Source: an uncultured Christensenella sp. (lineage in GTDB: Bacteria; Bacillota; Clostridia; Christensenellales; Borkfalkiaceae). From it: 64,000 nt of DNA. Under the pieces are notes generated by a model, which worked only from the letters and a program-made list of their open reading frames with translations, had not been told where the DNA came from and did no database searches. Numbering within the stretch: position 1 is the stretch's first letter; each line of letters begins with the position of its first letter. Both the position numbers and the translations under genes were made by a program. Positions 1-7,579 of this stretch are shown one piece after another. The DNA lies in assembly GCA_964601265.1 (NCBI GenBank), contig CAZRMT010000002.1, positions 2,560 through 66,559 on the forward strand, written 5' to 3'.

Positions 1-805
1 CATTATCTATAACAAGTTGGTCCGTTGCGGATTTTTTAGCCGACGACGCCGTTTCTATAGCCGAAGTCAAAACGTTTTTACTGTTTGCGGTCAATAAATC
101 TTTATCTATCGCTTCCGCCTCGTTGAGTAAAACGGTTAACTCCCCTACGCTTACGGGTAAATAAGTTCCCTTAACGGAAAAATTCTTAAAATAGTTCGGC
201 GCATAATAACATCTAAACCCGACGTAACCCGAAACGTTACCTACGTTGTAAGAAAACTCTTCCGTTTCGGAATAATTTAAGTAAGCGTACAAAACTCCGC
301 TTTTTACAACTACTTTTAAGTGGTTTACTTGGTTTAAAATTATTCCGCTTTTTTCGTATTTAACGCCTTGCCAAACTTGATTTTCCCATCTGTGAAGCTT
401 GATAAAGTTAGTTCCCGTACCGTTTTCGATACTAATTCCCCAACCGGTAAGCGCACCTATTGCACTGCCCACGCCCGACGCCTGAATTAAAATTCCGCTG
501 TCGAATTTACCGTTTTTGTTTACGGTCCCTATATCGACCTCAACTTCCACGTCGGAAAAGGAAGTTACCTTATATATCGCTTTTTGCTCCGCCAAACTCC
601 ACATATAAAGTTTTCCGTCGACAATATAAGGCAATTGATCGAACTCGGTATATAAATCGAATTTGTTTATATCTTCGTCTTCAAAGACTATGCTCGTTTC
701 TCCTCCGGGCACGGAGACTTCCGTTGCAAAAACCGACCCGACCGAAAAAACCGTTGCCATTATCATAGTTAAAGATATCGCAATACACAATAATTTCTTT
801 TTCAT
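1..805 (-). CDS. Secreted LamG/DUF1080-like (concanavalin-type lectin fold) protein with a FIVAR-like helical C-terminal part. The 3' end is cut by the window edge, and the ORF is absent from the supplied ORF track.
   Basis: Manual minus-strand translation from ATG 805..803 stays open down to base 2. A GGAGGG RBS lies at the complement of 809..814. Sequence: MKKKLLCIAISLTMIMATVFSVGSVFATEV..DGKLYMWSLAEQKAIYKVTSFSDVEVEVDIGTVNKNGKFDSGILIQAS..GYVGFRCYYAPNYFKNFSVKG..LTANSKNVLTSAIETASSAKK. It is a collinear paralog of the 6451..7563 product. Its ATG is 10 nt downstream of the stop of 816..4034. Confidence 0.8.
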   Translation of the reverse strand, partial: MKKKLLCIAISLTMIMATVFSVGSVFATEVSVPGGETSIVFEDEDINKFDLYTEFDQLPYIVDGKLYMWSLAEQKAIYKVTSFSDVEVEVDIGTVNKNGKFDSGILIQASGVGSAIGALTGWGISIENGTGTNFIKLHRWENQVWQGVKYEKSGIILNQVNHLKVVVKSGVLYAYLNYSETEEFSYNVGNVSGYVGFRCYYAPNYFKNFSVKGTYLPVSVGELTVLLNEAEAIDKDLLTANSKNVLTSAIETASSAKKSATDQLVIDN

Positions 806-815
806 AATCCCTCCT

Positions 816-3800
816 TTACGCCTTAATTCCGAAACCGTAGTTATCGATTATCATATATACGCTGTCGGCAGGTTTCGTCGTACCCGAATATCCTATTGCG
901 AAAGCTTGTAAATCGTTAATCGCTATTTCTTTATAAAGCGTGCCTTTACCGGAATTTAAAGCAAAATCTTGTCTTTCACCGGAAGCGTTCCAATATTGAA
1001 ACATAAATCCTTCGGCTGTTGTTTCATAGTCAAACCTCACAAACAAAGTTCCGTCGGTTCCGATTTCAAATTCCCACCACCAGTGATTTACGGTGTAATT
1101 AGAGAAAGTCATTATTCTACAATCGTTACCCGCTCCGTTCGCCCAATTGTTTGCATGCCCTTGAACGGCGTTGCCGGGGGTATATTTTAACGCTTTTCCA
1201 CCGTTGTAGTCTACCATAGACCTCATAGCGGTATCTTGACAAAACTCAACGTTACCGTCGTTTTCTTGATTGATATAAGTTTCGTCGTAGTTGGTATAAA
1301 ACAACGTATTACTACTAACTTTAAAGTTGGAACTTTCACCGTTGGAAAAAGTCAAAGTAATTATTTCGGTTCCGTACAATTGAGATACGAACGACTCGTC
1401 GAATACGATTTTACTGTCCGTATACTCTTTTATGTGCGATAGGCTCATATATCCGTTAGAAACACTGTAGTTATCTAATTCGGCACCGGTATAAAACGTG
1501 TTATCCCAGAAATTCGTTCCCTGTCTTTTAATCGCAGTAACCGTAACACCGCTAAATTCTCCGTTTACGGTTAATTCAGTTTGTCCGAAAGTCGTTTCTA
1601 TCGTGGCTTTATCTATTTTTATAGAACTTTCACACATTCCGAAACCGTAATTGTCTATTATCATATAAACACTATCGGCAGGCTTAGTGGTTCCTGCATA
1701 ACCTATCGCAAAAGCTTGCGTGTCGCTAGGTATTTCTTTGTAGAAAGAACCTTTACCCGAAGAAAGAGCCACACTGTTTCTTCCACCCGAAGCATCCCAA
1801 TATTGGAATACGAAATCTCCACTAGTCGTTTCATAGTCGAACGTTACGAATATAATTGAACTCGTATTGAAATCGAATTCCCACCACCAGTGATTTACTG
1901 CGTTGTTCGAGAAAGTCATTATTTTACAATCGTTATTATCGCCGTTCGCCCACATGTTCGCATAAGACTGAACTGCTTTACCGGGGGTATATTTTAAAGC
2001 TTTTCCGCCGTTGTAATCGACTATCGACCTCATAGCGGTATCTTGACAAGACCTTATATTTCCCTCGGTTTCCTCGTTGATATAGGTTTCGTCGTAATTA
2101 GTATAGAACATAGTATTACTCGTAACGGTAAATGTTCCCGTTTGTCCGTTGGAGAAGGTTATAATAAAAGTCTCCGTTCCGTAAATTTGGTCTACGAAAG
2201 CTTTATTAAACACTATCTTCGAACAAGTAAATTCTTTTACGTAGTCAAGGCTCATATAACCGTTGGTTACGGCAAAATTGTCTGAACCGTTGTCGTTATC
2301 GTAAGTATTATCCCAGAAATTCGTTCCTTGTCTTTTAATGGAAATTATCTCAACGTCGTTAAAATCTCCCATTATAGTTAAATCGCTGTTTCCGTAAACG
2401 ACTTCGGCGTTTTTCGTAACGACGTTAACCGTTCCGCTTGTTTCAACTTCGCTAATCAAGAAGTTGTCTACGTACACGTAACCTGCGCTTCCGCCTTTAA
2501 AGAACGCCCTTAAAAACAATCCTTTACCTATCGTTTCGCCGTTTACAATAGCTTCGAAATGGTGTTTTATGTTGTCGTTAGTCGCACCGATGAGTAAATC
2601 TTGTCCCCAGCTTCCGCTTTCGTTTCTATACAACAACTCGCCCGTAGTGGTGTTTTCCGTCGCATAGTCAAAAGACACTCTATAAGTTTTTCCCGAATCG
2701 AACCCTGCGTTGTACCAAGTATACGTACAAGACGGACTTTTAAGCGTAAGGTATCCGTTACAGTCAAGCGCCACATCTACGGTATTAGGTTTAATTCTCA
2801 AACATTTACCGCTACCACCCAAACTCGTAGGTGCGTCCGTTATGGACACCGCACTATAATATTGATATAACGAATTTGCTCCCACGTTTGAATTAGTCGT
2901 GTCGTGAATGGTCGTTACGTCATAATCGGTATAGAATATTACGTTAGTCGCCACACTGAAACTATACACGTCGTTGTTAGAAAGCACTACTTCGTATTCG
3001 GTCGTTTTATAATAGCGTTTTAACCATTCGGAAGAAATAAACAATTTACTTCCGCTTACGCTATAATAATCGGAAGAAATAATTCTATTGCCTTGACGTA
3101 ATTGTTTAACGGTAGTGCCGTTAAAATTAAAGTTAAGATTTATCCCTTCGTCTTTTCCGTATTTGAAAGTTGAAACAGCGGAAGAATTAAACGCAGTAAC
3201 AACGGAATTGTCCGTAATAACTTTACAGCTTGCGGGAATTGCGTCGCCTGCGTCCGTAACGGTTTTTAAAGTATGTTCGCCGTCGGAAAGCCTAATCATA
3301 GTATACTCGTTTATTTCAAGACAAGCGTTATCGGCGTTATACGACCAAACGTTGCCGTCAAGCGTTACTCCGTCAATGTAAACGTAATAAATTTTCGCCC
3401 CGTCAAGATCAAAAGGAAGTTCTAGCTTTCCACCGCCAAGCCTATCGTAATAATATGAAGAATCAGAAAAGGCAGGCGTTCCGGGGTAATCGGACTTCCA
3501 AATAGCCGTAAAAGTTACGTTGCTTGCGGGCATAGAAAAACTGTCGCCTACGGCGTAAATACTTCCGTTATAGCCCCATCCGATAAAAGTATAATATTGT
3601 TTATTAAACCCGTTTTCAGGCAAATTAAACGTTTCGTTCTCTTTTTTATCGGCAACGGTCACGTTTCCCGTTCCGCCGTCTGCGTCGAACTTAACCTCAT
3701 AGAACGTTTCGACAGGCGTATCTGTGGACGAACCCGAAGAACTCGAACTATCTTTTTCGTCATCGATAGAAGAACTCGAATTATCCTTTTCGCCTTCGCT

Positions 3801-4034
3801 ATTAGTAGAGCTATCAAAAGAAGAATCACTCTCCGTAGGACCTTCTACCGAGCTTTCAGACGAAGAACTCGTCGAGCTTTCCTCCTTACTTGAAGGACTA
3901 TCGCTTGTTGCCGAGTCCGACATCGTTACCGAACTTTGCGGTTTAGAACTCGTAGTATTACTAGAAGCCGAGCAACCGTAAGAAAAAACGAAAATCGAAC
4001 AAAGCAAGCTGACAATTAAAGTTTTTGCTTTCAT
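816..4034 (-). CDS. Giant surface lipoprotein (1072 aa): Ser/Asp/Glu-rich linker, one Listeria-Bacteroides (Flg_new) repeat, Ig-like beta domains and three jelly-roll CBM-like modules.
   Basis: ORF track entry; ATG preceded by GAGGAG. The signal peptide ends in ..FSYGC (lipobox-like). The Flg_new signature is YEVKFDADGG..YTFIGWGY..VTFTAIWK. The three modules end in VYVDNFLISEV, YMIIDNYGFGM and YMIIDNYGFGI. The last two cassettes are a tandem duplication. Confidence 0.85.
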   Translation of the reverse strand: MKAKTLIVSLLCSIFVFSYGCSASSNTTSSKPQSSVTMSDSATSDSPSSKEESSTSSSSESSVEGPTESDSSFDSSTNSEGEKDNSSSSIDDEKDSSSSSGSSTDTPVETFYEVKFDADGGTGNVTVADKKENETFNLPENGFNKQYYTFIGWGYNGSIYAVGDSFSMPASNVTFTAIWKSDYPGTPAFSDSSYYYDRLGGGKLELPFDLDGAKIYYVYIDGVTLDGNVWSYNADNACLEINEYTMIRLSDGEHTLKTVTDAGDAIPASCKVITDNSVVTAFNSSAVSTFKYGKDEGINLNFNFNGTTVKQLRQGNRIISSDYYSVSGSKLFISSEWLKRYYKTTEYEVVLSNNDVYSFSVATNVIFYTDYDVTTIHDTTNSNVGANSLYQYYSAVSITDAPTSLGGSGKCLRIKPNTVDVALDCNGYLTLKSPSCTYTWYNAGFDSGKTYRVSFDYATENTTTGELLYRNESGSWGQDLLIGATNDNIKHHFEAIVNGETIGKGLFLRAFFKGGSAGYVYVDNFLISEVETSGTVNVVTKNAEVVYGNSDLTIMGDFNDVEIISIKRQGTNFWDNTYDNDNGSDNFAVTNGYMSLDYVKEFTCSKIVFNKAFVDQIYGTETFIITFSNGQTGTFTVTSNTMFYTNYDETYINEETEGNIRSCQDTAMRSIVDYNGGKALKYTPGKAVQSYANMWANGDNNDCKIMTFSNNAVNHWWWEFDFNTSSIIFVTFDYETTSGDFVFQYWDASGGRNSVALSSGKGSFYKEIPSDTQAFAIGYAGTTKPADSVYMIIDNYGFGMCESSIKIDKATIETTFGQTELTVNGEFSGVTVTAIKRQGTNFWDNTFYTGAELDNYSVSNGYMSLSHIKEYTDSKIVFDESFVSQLYGTEIITLTFSNGESSNFKVSSNTLFYTNYDETYINQENDGNVEFCQDTAMRSMVDYNGGKALKYTPGNAVQGHANNWANGAGNDCRIMTFSNYTVNHWWWEFEIGTDGTLFVRFDYETTAEGFMFQYWNASGERQDFALNSGKGTLYKEIAINDLQAFAIGYSGTTKPADSVYMIIDNYGFGIKA
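819..2440 (-). repeat. Intragenic tandem duplication: two consecutive ~0.8-kb copies (about 819-1610 and about 1638-2440), each encoding an Ig-like + CBM-like cassette.
   Basis: The protein copies are KATIETTFGQTELTV..GTNFWDNTF..FYTNYDETYINQE..NHWWWEFE..YMIIDNYGFGIKA and GTVNVVTKNAEVV..GTNFWDNTY..FYTNYDETYINEE..NHWWWEFD..YMIIDNYGFGM. The DNA is alignable by eye, e.g. around 826-900 versus 1636-1710. Identity was not computed and boundaries are approximate. Confidence 0.8.
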
Positions 4035-4083
4035 TTTTAATCTCCTCGTTTATTTTTGTAGTAATTAAAAACTCCTTGGTAAT

Positions 4084-4113
4084 ATTTTATCATAATACAA
4101 CGACAAATTTCAA
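4084..4113 (-). promoter_or_regulatory. Putative SigA-type promoter for 816..4034 (TTGAAA-18-TAAAAT with an upstream TG).
   Basis: On the minus strand the -35 TTGAAA is the complement of 4108..4113 and the -10 TAAAAT is the complement of 4084..4089. It lies about 50 nt upstream of the ATG at 4034. Confidence 0.5.
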
Positions 4114-4182
4114 TACATATATACTGAAAATTCCTCATTCTCTCCCCCAGCAACACTGAAAATCGTTTTTCCTTTTTAATTA

Positions 4183-4213
4183 TAAAAAAACCGCCTGAAA
4201 AATTCAAGCGGTT
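4183..4213 (-). terminator. Rho-independent terminator after the GH36 gene.
   Basis: The hairpin aaccgc..gcggtt spans 4189..4213 and has an inner tga/tca stem. On the minus strand it is followed by a run of 7 T (plus-strand A-run ending at 4190). Confidence 0.6.
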
Positions 4214-4297
4214 AAATTCGTTTTAATTCCTTACGAAAAATTATATTGTAGTTTTTTATCCTGTTGCACGTAAAGAAAAACGAAATTTTTCATTAAA

Positions 4298-6454
4298 TCA
4301 TGCCTTATACGGCTCGATATACAGCATTATCGAAGTACGAGCTTCTGGGGCAGTAAGTTTTAATCCTTTCATTAAAGCCGACCCCTTTACCTTGGCAACT
4401 GAAAGTTTTCCGTCTACGTCCCTAACGGTATAATAACCGTTTTCCTTTAAACCCTTAGGATAAACCGTTATGGTCTTTTCATCACACTTGGTTTGCCTAA
4501 ACGCTTGTATAAGTCCGCTGTCGGCATCCGTATCGAAAAATTCGAAAACCGTCCATTTCGTATCGTCGCTAGTGGAATGGTCGGGCGTTAAAGCGTAAAA
4601 ATCTTTTAAAAGATATTTTTTCATTTCGTTAAACTCGCTAAGTCCTTGACGATATAAATCGAAATCAATGGTATCTCTTTCAAGATAATAGTTAGCTTGG
4701 GGATTATAAACGCACATATACGACGCACGAAGGGTGTAAATGTCGACGAAGTTGTCGGTAAGCGTTGCCGAATCTTTTGCAACCGTACCGTTAAACGGTA
4801 TCCACGAGCAAAGACGATTAGTCATAGACAATCTAGTTACCGTAAGAAAACGGTCGCTATCACTTCTGTTTAACGGAACGCCGTAACGCATAGTCAACAA
4901 GTCGTTTCTACCTCCGCCGGAAGCGCAACTGTCTACAAACGTACACTTTCCGTGTTCCGCACACCAATCTATAATACCCTGCCATAATGCGTAATGTCCT
5001 TGCATATAAAGGTTTTCCGTAATACCGATACGGTTTTTCCCCTCGTATCCGTCGCCGATAGTCCAGAATACTCCGGGGTCGATATTAAAGTCTTCACGGT
5101 AAAGGTCAATATCGTACTTTTCAAGGAAGTTAAGTATTCTTTCCAAAGTCCAGTCCAAACACTCTTTAATTCCTAAATTGTTTATATAAGAATTATTATT
5201 ACCGTGATCGGATAAAACCCATTCTCTTTTATAATTATAATTTGCAACCATTCCGTCGAGGTGCGATACCCTTTCCGGTTCGAACCATACGATAAATTTA
5301 CTGCCGTGCGCATGGGCGTCGTCTACACGTTCTTTAAAAGTGTTATCAGGCCATTTTACGGTATCTAGCTCCCACGTTCCTACCGTTCCCCACCAGTCAG
5401 CGGGAACAGTTTGCCCGTACGGGTCAAAATACCAGCCTGCGTCAAACCATTGATAATCTATATTTAATCCGTTTTCATACACGGCGTCAGTACTGTTTTT
5501 CCAAGTAGTATGGTCTTCCGTAGTACTTCCGTCCGTATTGTACTTATTAGGATTTTCCATATCGAAAGCAAAATACAAAGTAGAAAACGGCTGAACACAT
5601 TCGTCCGTGGAAGAATTATCTCTCGGATAATTACAATCGATAACCCATTTACGCCACATATTCATAGCCTTGTCTTCATCTTTTTCGTAATACCTTACAA
5701 CGCCTATCAAAGGAGTTTGAACTTCTTCTCCGGGTTTTAAATATGAGCAAAAACCAACTACGCCGGTTCCCGTAAAACGAGTACTTTCACTGCTTTCGTC
5801 ATATTTAAAATCTGCTTGCCACGTTCCTCCCCAACCGATAGCTAAAATAGCTCCGCCGTCATCGTTTTCAAGATTGAAATAAGGAAAATAGGTATGAGAA
5901 GCTCTTCCTCTGGTATTAGTAAAGTTAACGTCCTCTTGCGATAAGTCTTTATCATAAGGCTCATATTGATAATCGTAATCCCCGTATATTCCTTTTAAAT
6001 GCGCATTTTTACCTTTTATCGTCATATCGACCGCATTTATTTTACGCAACACTCCGCTGTTAGTTTCGCCCTCGTTTGCAAAATAAACCGTGTAATCGTA
6101 AGCGGAATAATCTTTATAATATCCCGATTCTATCGTAACTTTAATATTTTCACGACGAAGAATAATTTTTGTTATTATTCCGTTTCGCTCGCTATACGTT
6201 TCACATGACTCTTCTTTAAAATAAGCGGGGTGAAAACCCGAATAATAAACGTCGTCGTAAACGAAATTTATGGGGAAATTTGTTAAATCGTTAATAAAGC
6301 GGTAATATTCGCTCTCTGTTTTTTTCATATTCGCTCCTTGCGTTTGACTTTCGGTCTGACTTGAAGTAACTGCCATTGTTTTAGTTTGCGGTTTTATTAT
6401 AAAACCCGTCATAACGAACACCAACGACATTATAGCCGATAATATTCTTTTCAT
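4298..6454 (-). CDS. Secreted glycoside hydrolase family 36 (alpha-galactosidase-like).
   Basis: 718 aa with an N-terminal signal peptide (MKRILSAIMSLVFVMTGFIIKP). GH36-type motifs: FIVWFEPERV, the nucleophile-region analog LYREDFNID, and CASGGGRNDL (the C-x-GGGR-x-D acid/base region). Its ATG overlaps the stop of 6451..7563 as ATGA (6451..6454). Confidence 0.75.
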   Translation of the reverse strand: MKRILSAIMSLVFVMTGFIIKPQTKTMAVTSSQTESQTQGANMKKTESEYYRFINDLTNFPINFVYDDVYYSGFHPAYFKEESCETYSERNGIITKIILRRENIKVTIESGYYKDYSAYDYTVYFANEGETNSGVLRKINAVDMTIKGKNAHLKGIYGDYDYQYEPYDKDLSQEDVNFTNTRGRASHTYFPYFNLENDDGGAILAIGWGGTWQADFKYDESSESTRFTGTGVVGFCSYLKPGEEVQTPLIGVVRYYEKDEDKAMNMWRKWVIDCNYPRDNSSTDECVQPFSTLYFAFDMENPNKYNTDGSTTEDHTTWKNSTDAVYENGLNIDYQWFDAGWYFDPYGQTVPADWWGTVGTWELDTVKWPDNTFKERVDDAHAHGSKFIVWFEPERVSHLDGMVANYNYKREWVLSDHGNNNSYINNLGIKECLDWTLERILNFLEKYDIDLYREDFNIDPGVFWTIGDGYEGKNRIGITENLYMQGHYALWQGIIDWCAEHGKCTFVDSCASGGGRNDLLTMRYGVPLNRSDSDRFLTVTRLSMTNRLCSWIPFNGTVAKDSATLTDNFVDIYTLRASYMCVYNPQANYYLERDTIDFDLYRQGLSEFNEMKKYLLKDFYALTPDHSTSDDTKWTVFEFFDTDADSGLIQAFRQTKCDEKTITVYPKGLKENGYYTVRDVDGKLSVAKVKGSALMKGLKLTAPEARTSIMLYIEPYKA

Positions 6455-7563
6455 TGCTTCACCTCCGTCAAATAGGGTATTAAAGCAGAAATTCTATACT
6501 CTAGCCTGTTTGTCCAATAAGAAATTACTTGTTCGTCGCCATCTTCGGTTAATTGCGAGCAAATCGCAATAACTTTCTGTAAAGAACTCCAACTGTTTTT
6601 AGTATACACTTTCCCGTCTTCGTTAGTAATAGCCTCAGCTTGAGATAACACTCTAACCAACTCTGAAAAAGCTCGTTTATAAATAACGTTGTCGATAGCG
6701 TCGTTTAGCGTTTTTGCCACTTTGTCTATTTCATATTGCGTTACAGTCGTTTGCAAAACGGCAACGGCGTTATCGAGCGCGGTTTTTAACCTATTTCCGC
6801 TTTCTTCCGTTAGCTCGTCCGTATTATACCCTCTCGCCTTTTCTATTGCAGGAAAAAGTTCGGAATAATCATACGAATTACCCTCTCCTATAACGGTAAA
6901 GTTATCAAAATAATTAGGTGAATAAAAATTTCTCATTCCTATTTTACCTTCGTCGGTTCCGATATAATACGTTATCGTGGGCGTTTCTTGATAATCCACA
7001 AACGCATATAGCATACCGTTTTTCACAACTACCCTTAAATGAACTTTATCCATAGGAAGTTTTAATCCGCCTATTTCAACCTTTGCTCCAAGATAAGCGT
7101 TATCGAAACGGTGAAGTTTTAAATAATACGTCGTATCACCCGCTCCCCTTTCCAAATTGACGCACCATGCCTTTATTGCGTCCATATCGGAATCCGCTTC
7201 CGAAGCTTGCACGTAAATACCGCTATCGAATTTTCCGGACTTATTAATCGTCATAATATCCACGTTTACTTCAACGTCGGAATAACTACGCTTTTTTAAA
7301 ATAGCTTTTTGTTCGGCAAGAACCCAAAAATACAATTTGCCGTCCATCGTATATGGAAGTTTATCAAACTCCGTATACAAATCGAAATCGGTAAGTTGCC
7401 CGTTTTCGAAATCGTATACGAGCCTTCCGCCTGCCACCTCGTAATTTTCCACCGCCATAACCGAACGGCTTTTAACGGGCGCAAGCGTCAACGCCGTCGC
7501 TACCGCCGTTACGACGGCAACGATAAGCGTTAATATTTTTATATAATTGCTTTTTCTTTCCAC
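6451..7563 (-). CDS. Secreted or membrane-anchored LamG/DUF1080-like lectin-fold protein with C-terminal FIVAR-like helical repeats.
   Basis: 370 aa. GTG start with a GAGGTG RBS directly after the stop of the upstream giant gene. The N-terminus is hydrophobic (ILTLIVAVVTAVATALTLA). The jelly-roll core is DGKLYFWVLAEQKAI..NKSGKFDSGIYVQAS..GKIGMRNFYSPNYFDNFTVIG. The C-terminal helices are of the type LTEESGNRLKTALDNAVAVLQTTVTQYEIDKVAKTLNDAIDNV. Confidence 0.75.
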   Translation of the reverse strand: MERKSNYIKILTLIVAVVTAVATALTLAPVKSRSVMAVENYEVAGGRLVYDFENGQLTDFDLYTEFDKLPYTMDGKLYFWVLAEQKAILKKRSYSDVEVNVDIMTINKSGKFDSGIYVQASEADSDMDAIKAWCVNLERGAGDTTYYLKLHRFDNAYLGAKVEIGGLKLPMDKVHLRVVVKNGMLYAFVDYQETPTITYYIGTDEGKIGMRNFYSPNYFDNFTVIGEGNSYDYSELFPAIEKARGYNTDELTEESGNRLKTALDNAVAVLQTTVTQYEIDKVAKTLNDAIDNVIYKRAFSELVRVLSQAEAITNEDGKVYTKNSWSSLQKVIAICSQLTEDGDEQVISYWTNRLEYRISALIPYLTEVKQ

Positions 7564-7579
7564 AAAAACACCTCAAAAT

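Noticed and set aside
3724-3981. An 85-aa plus-strand ORF with EELELS-type repeats, together with the overlapping 3597..3893 ORF.
   Set aside because: It is the antisense image of the Ser/Asp/Glu-rich linker of the 816..4034 lipoprotein. Its low-complexity composition mirrors the sense frame, and it has no RBS.
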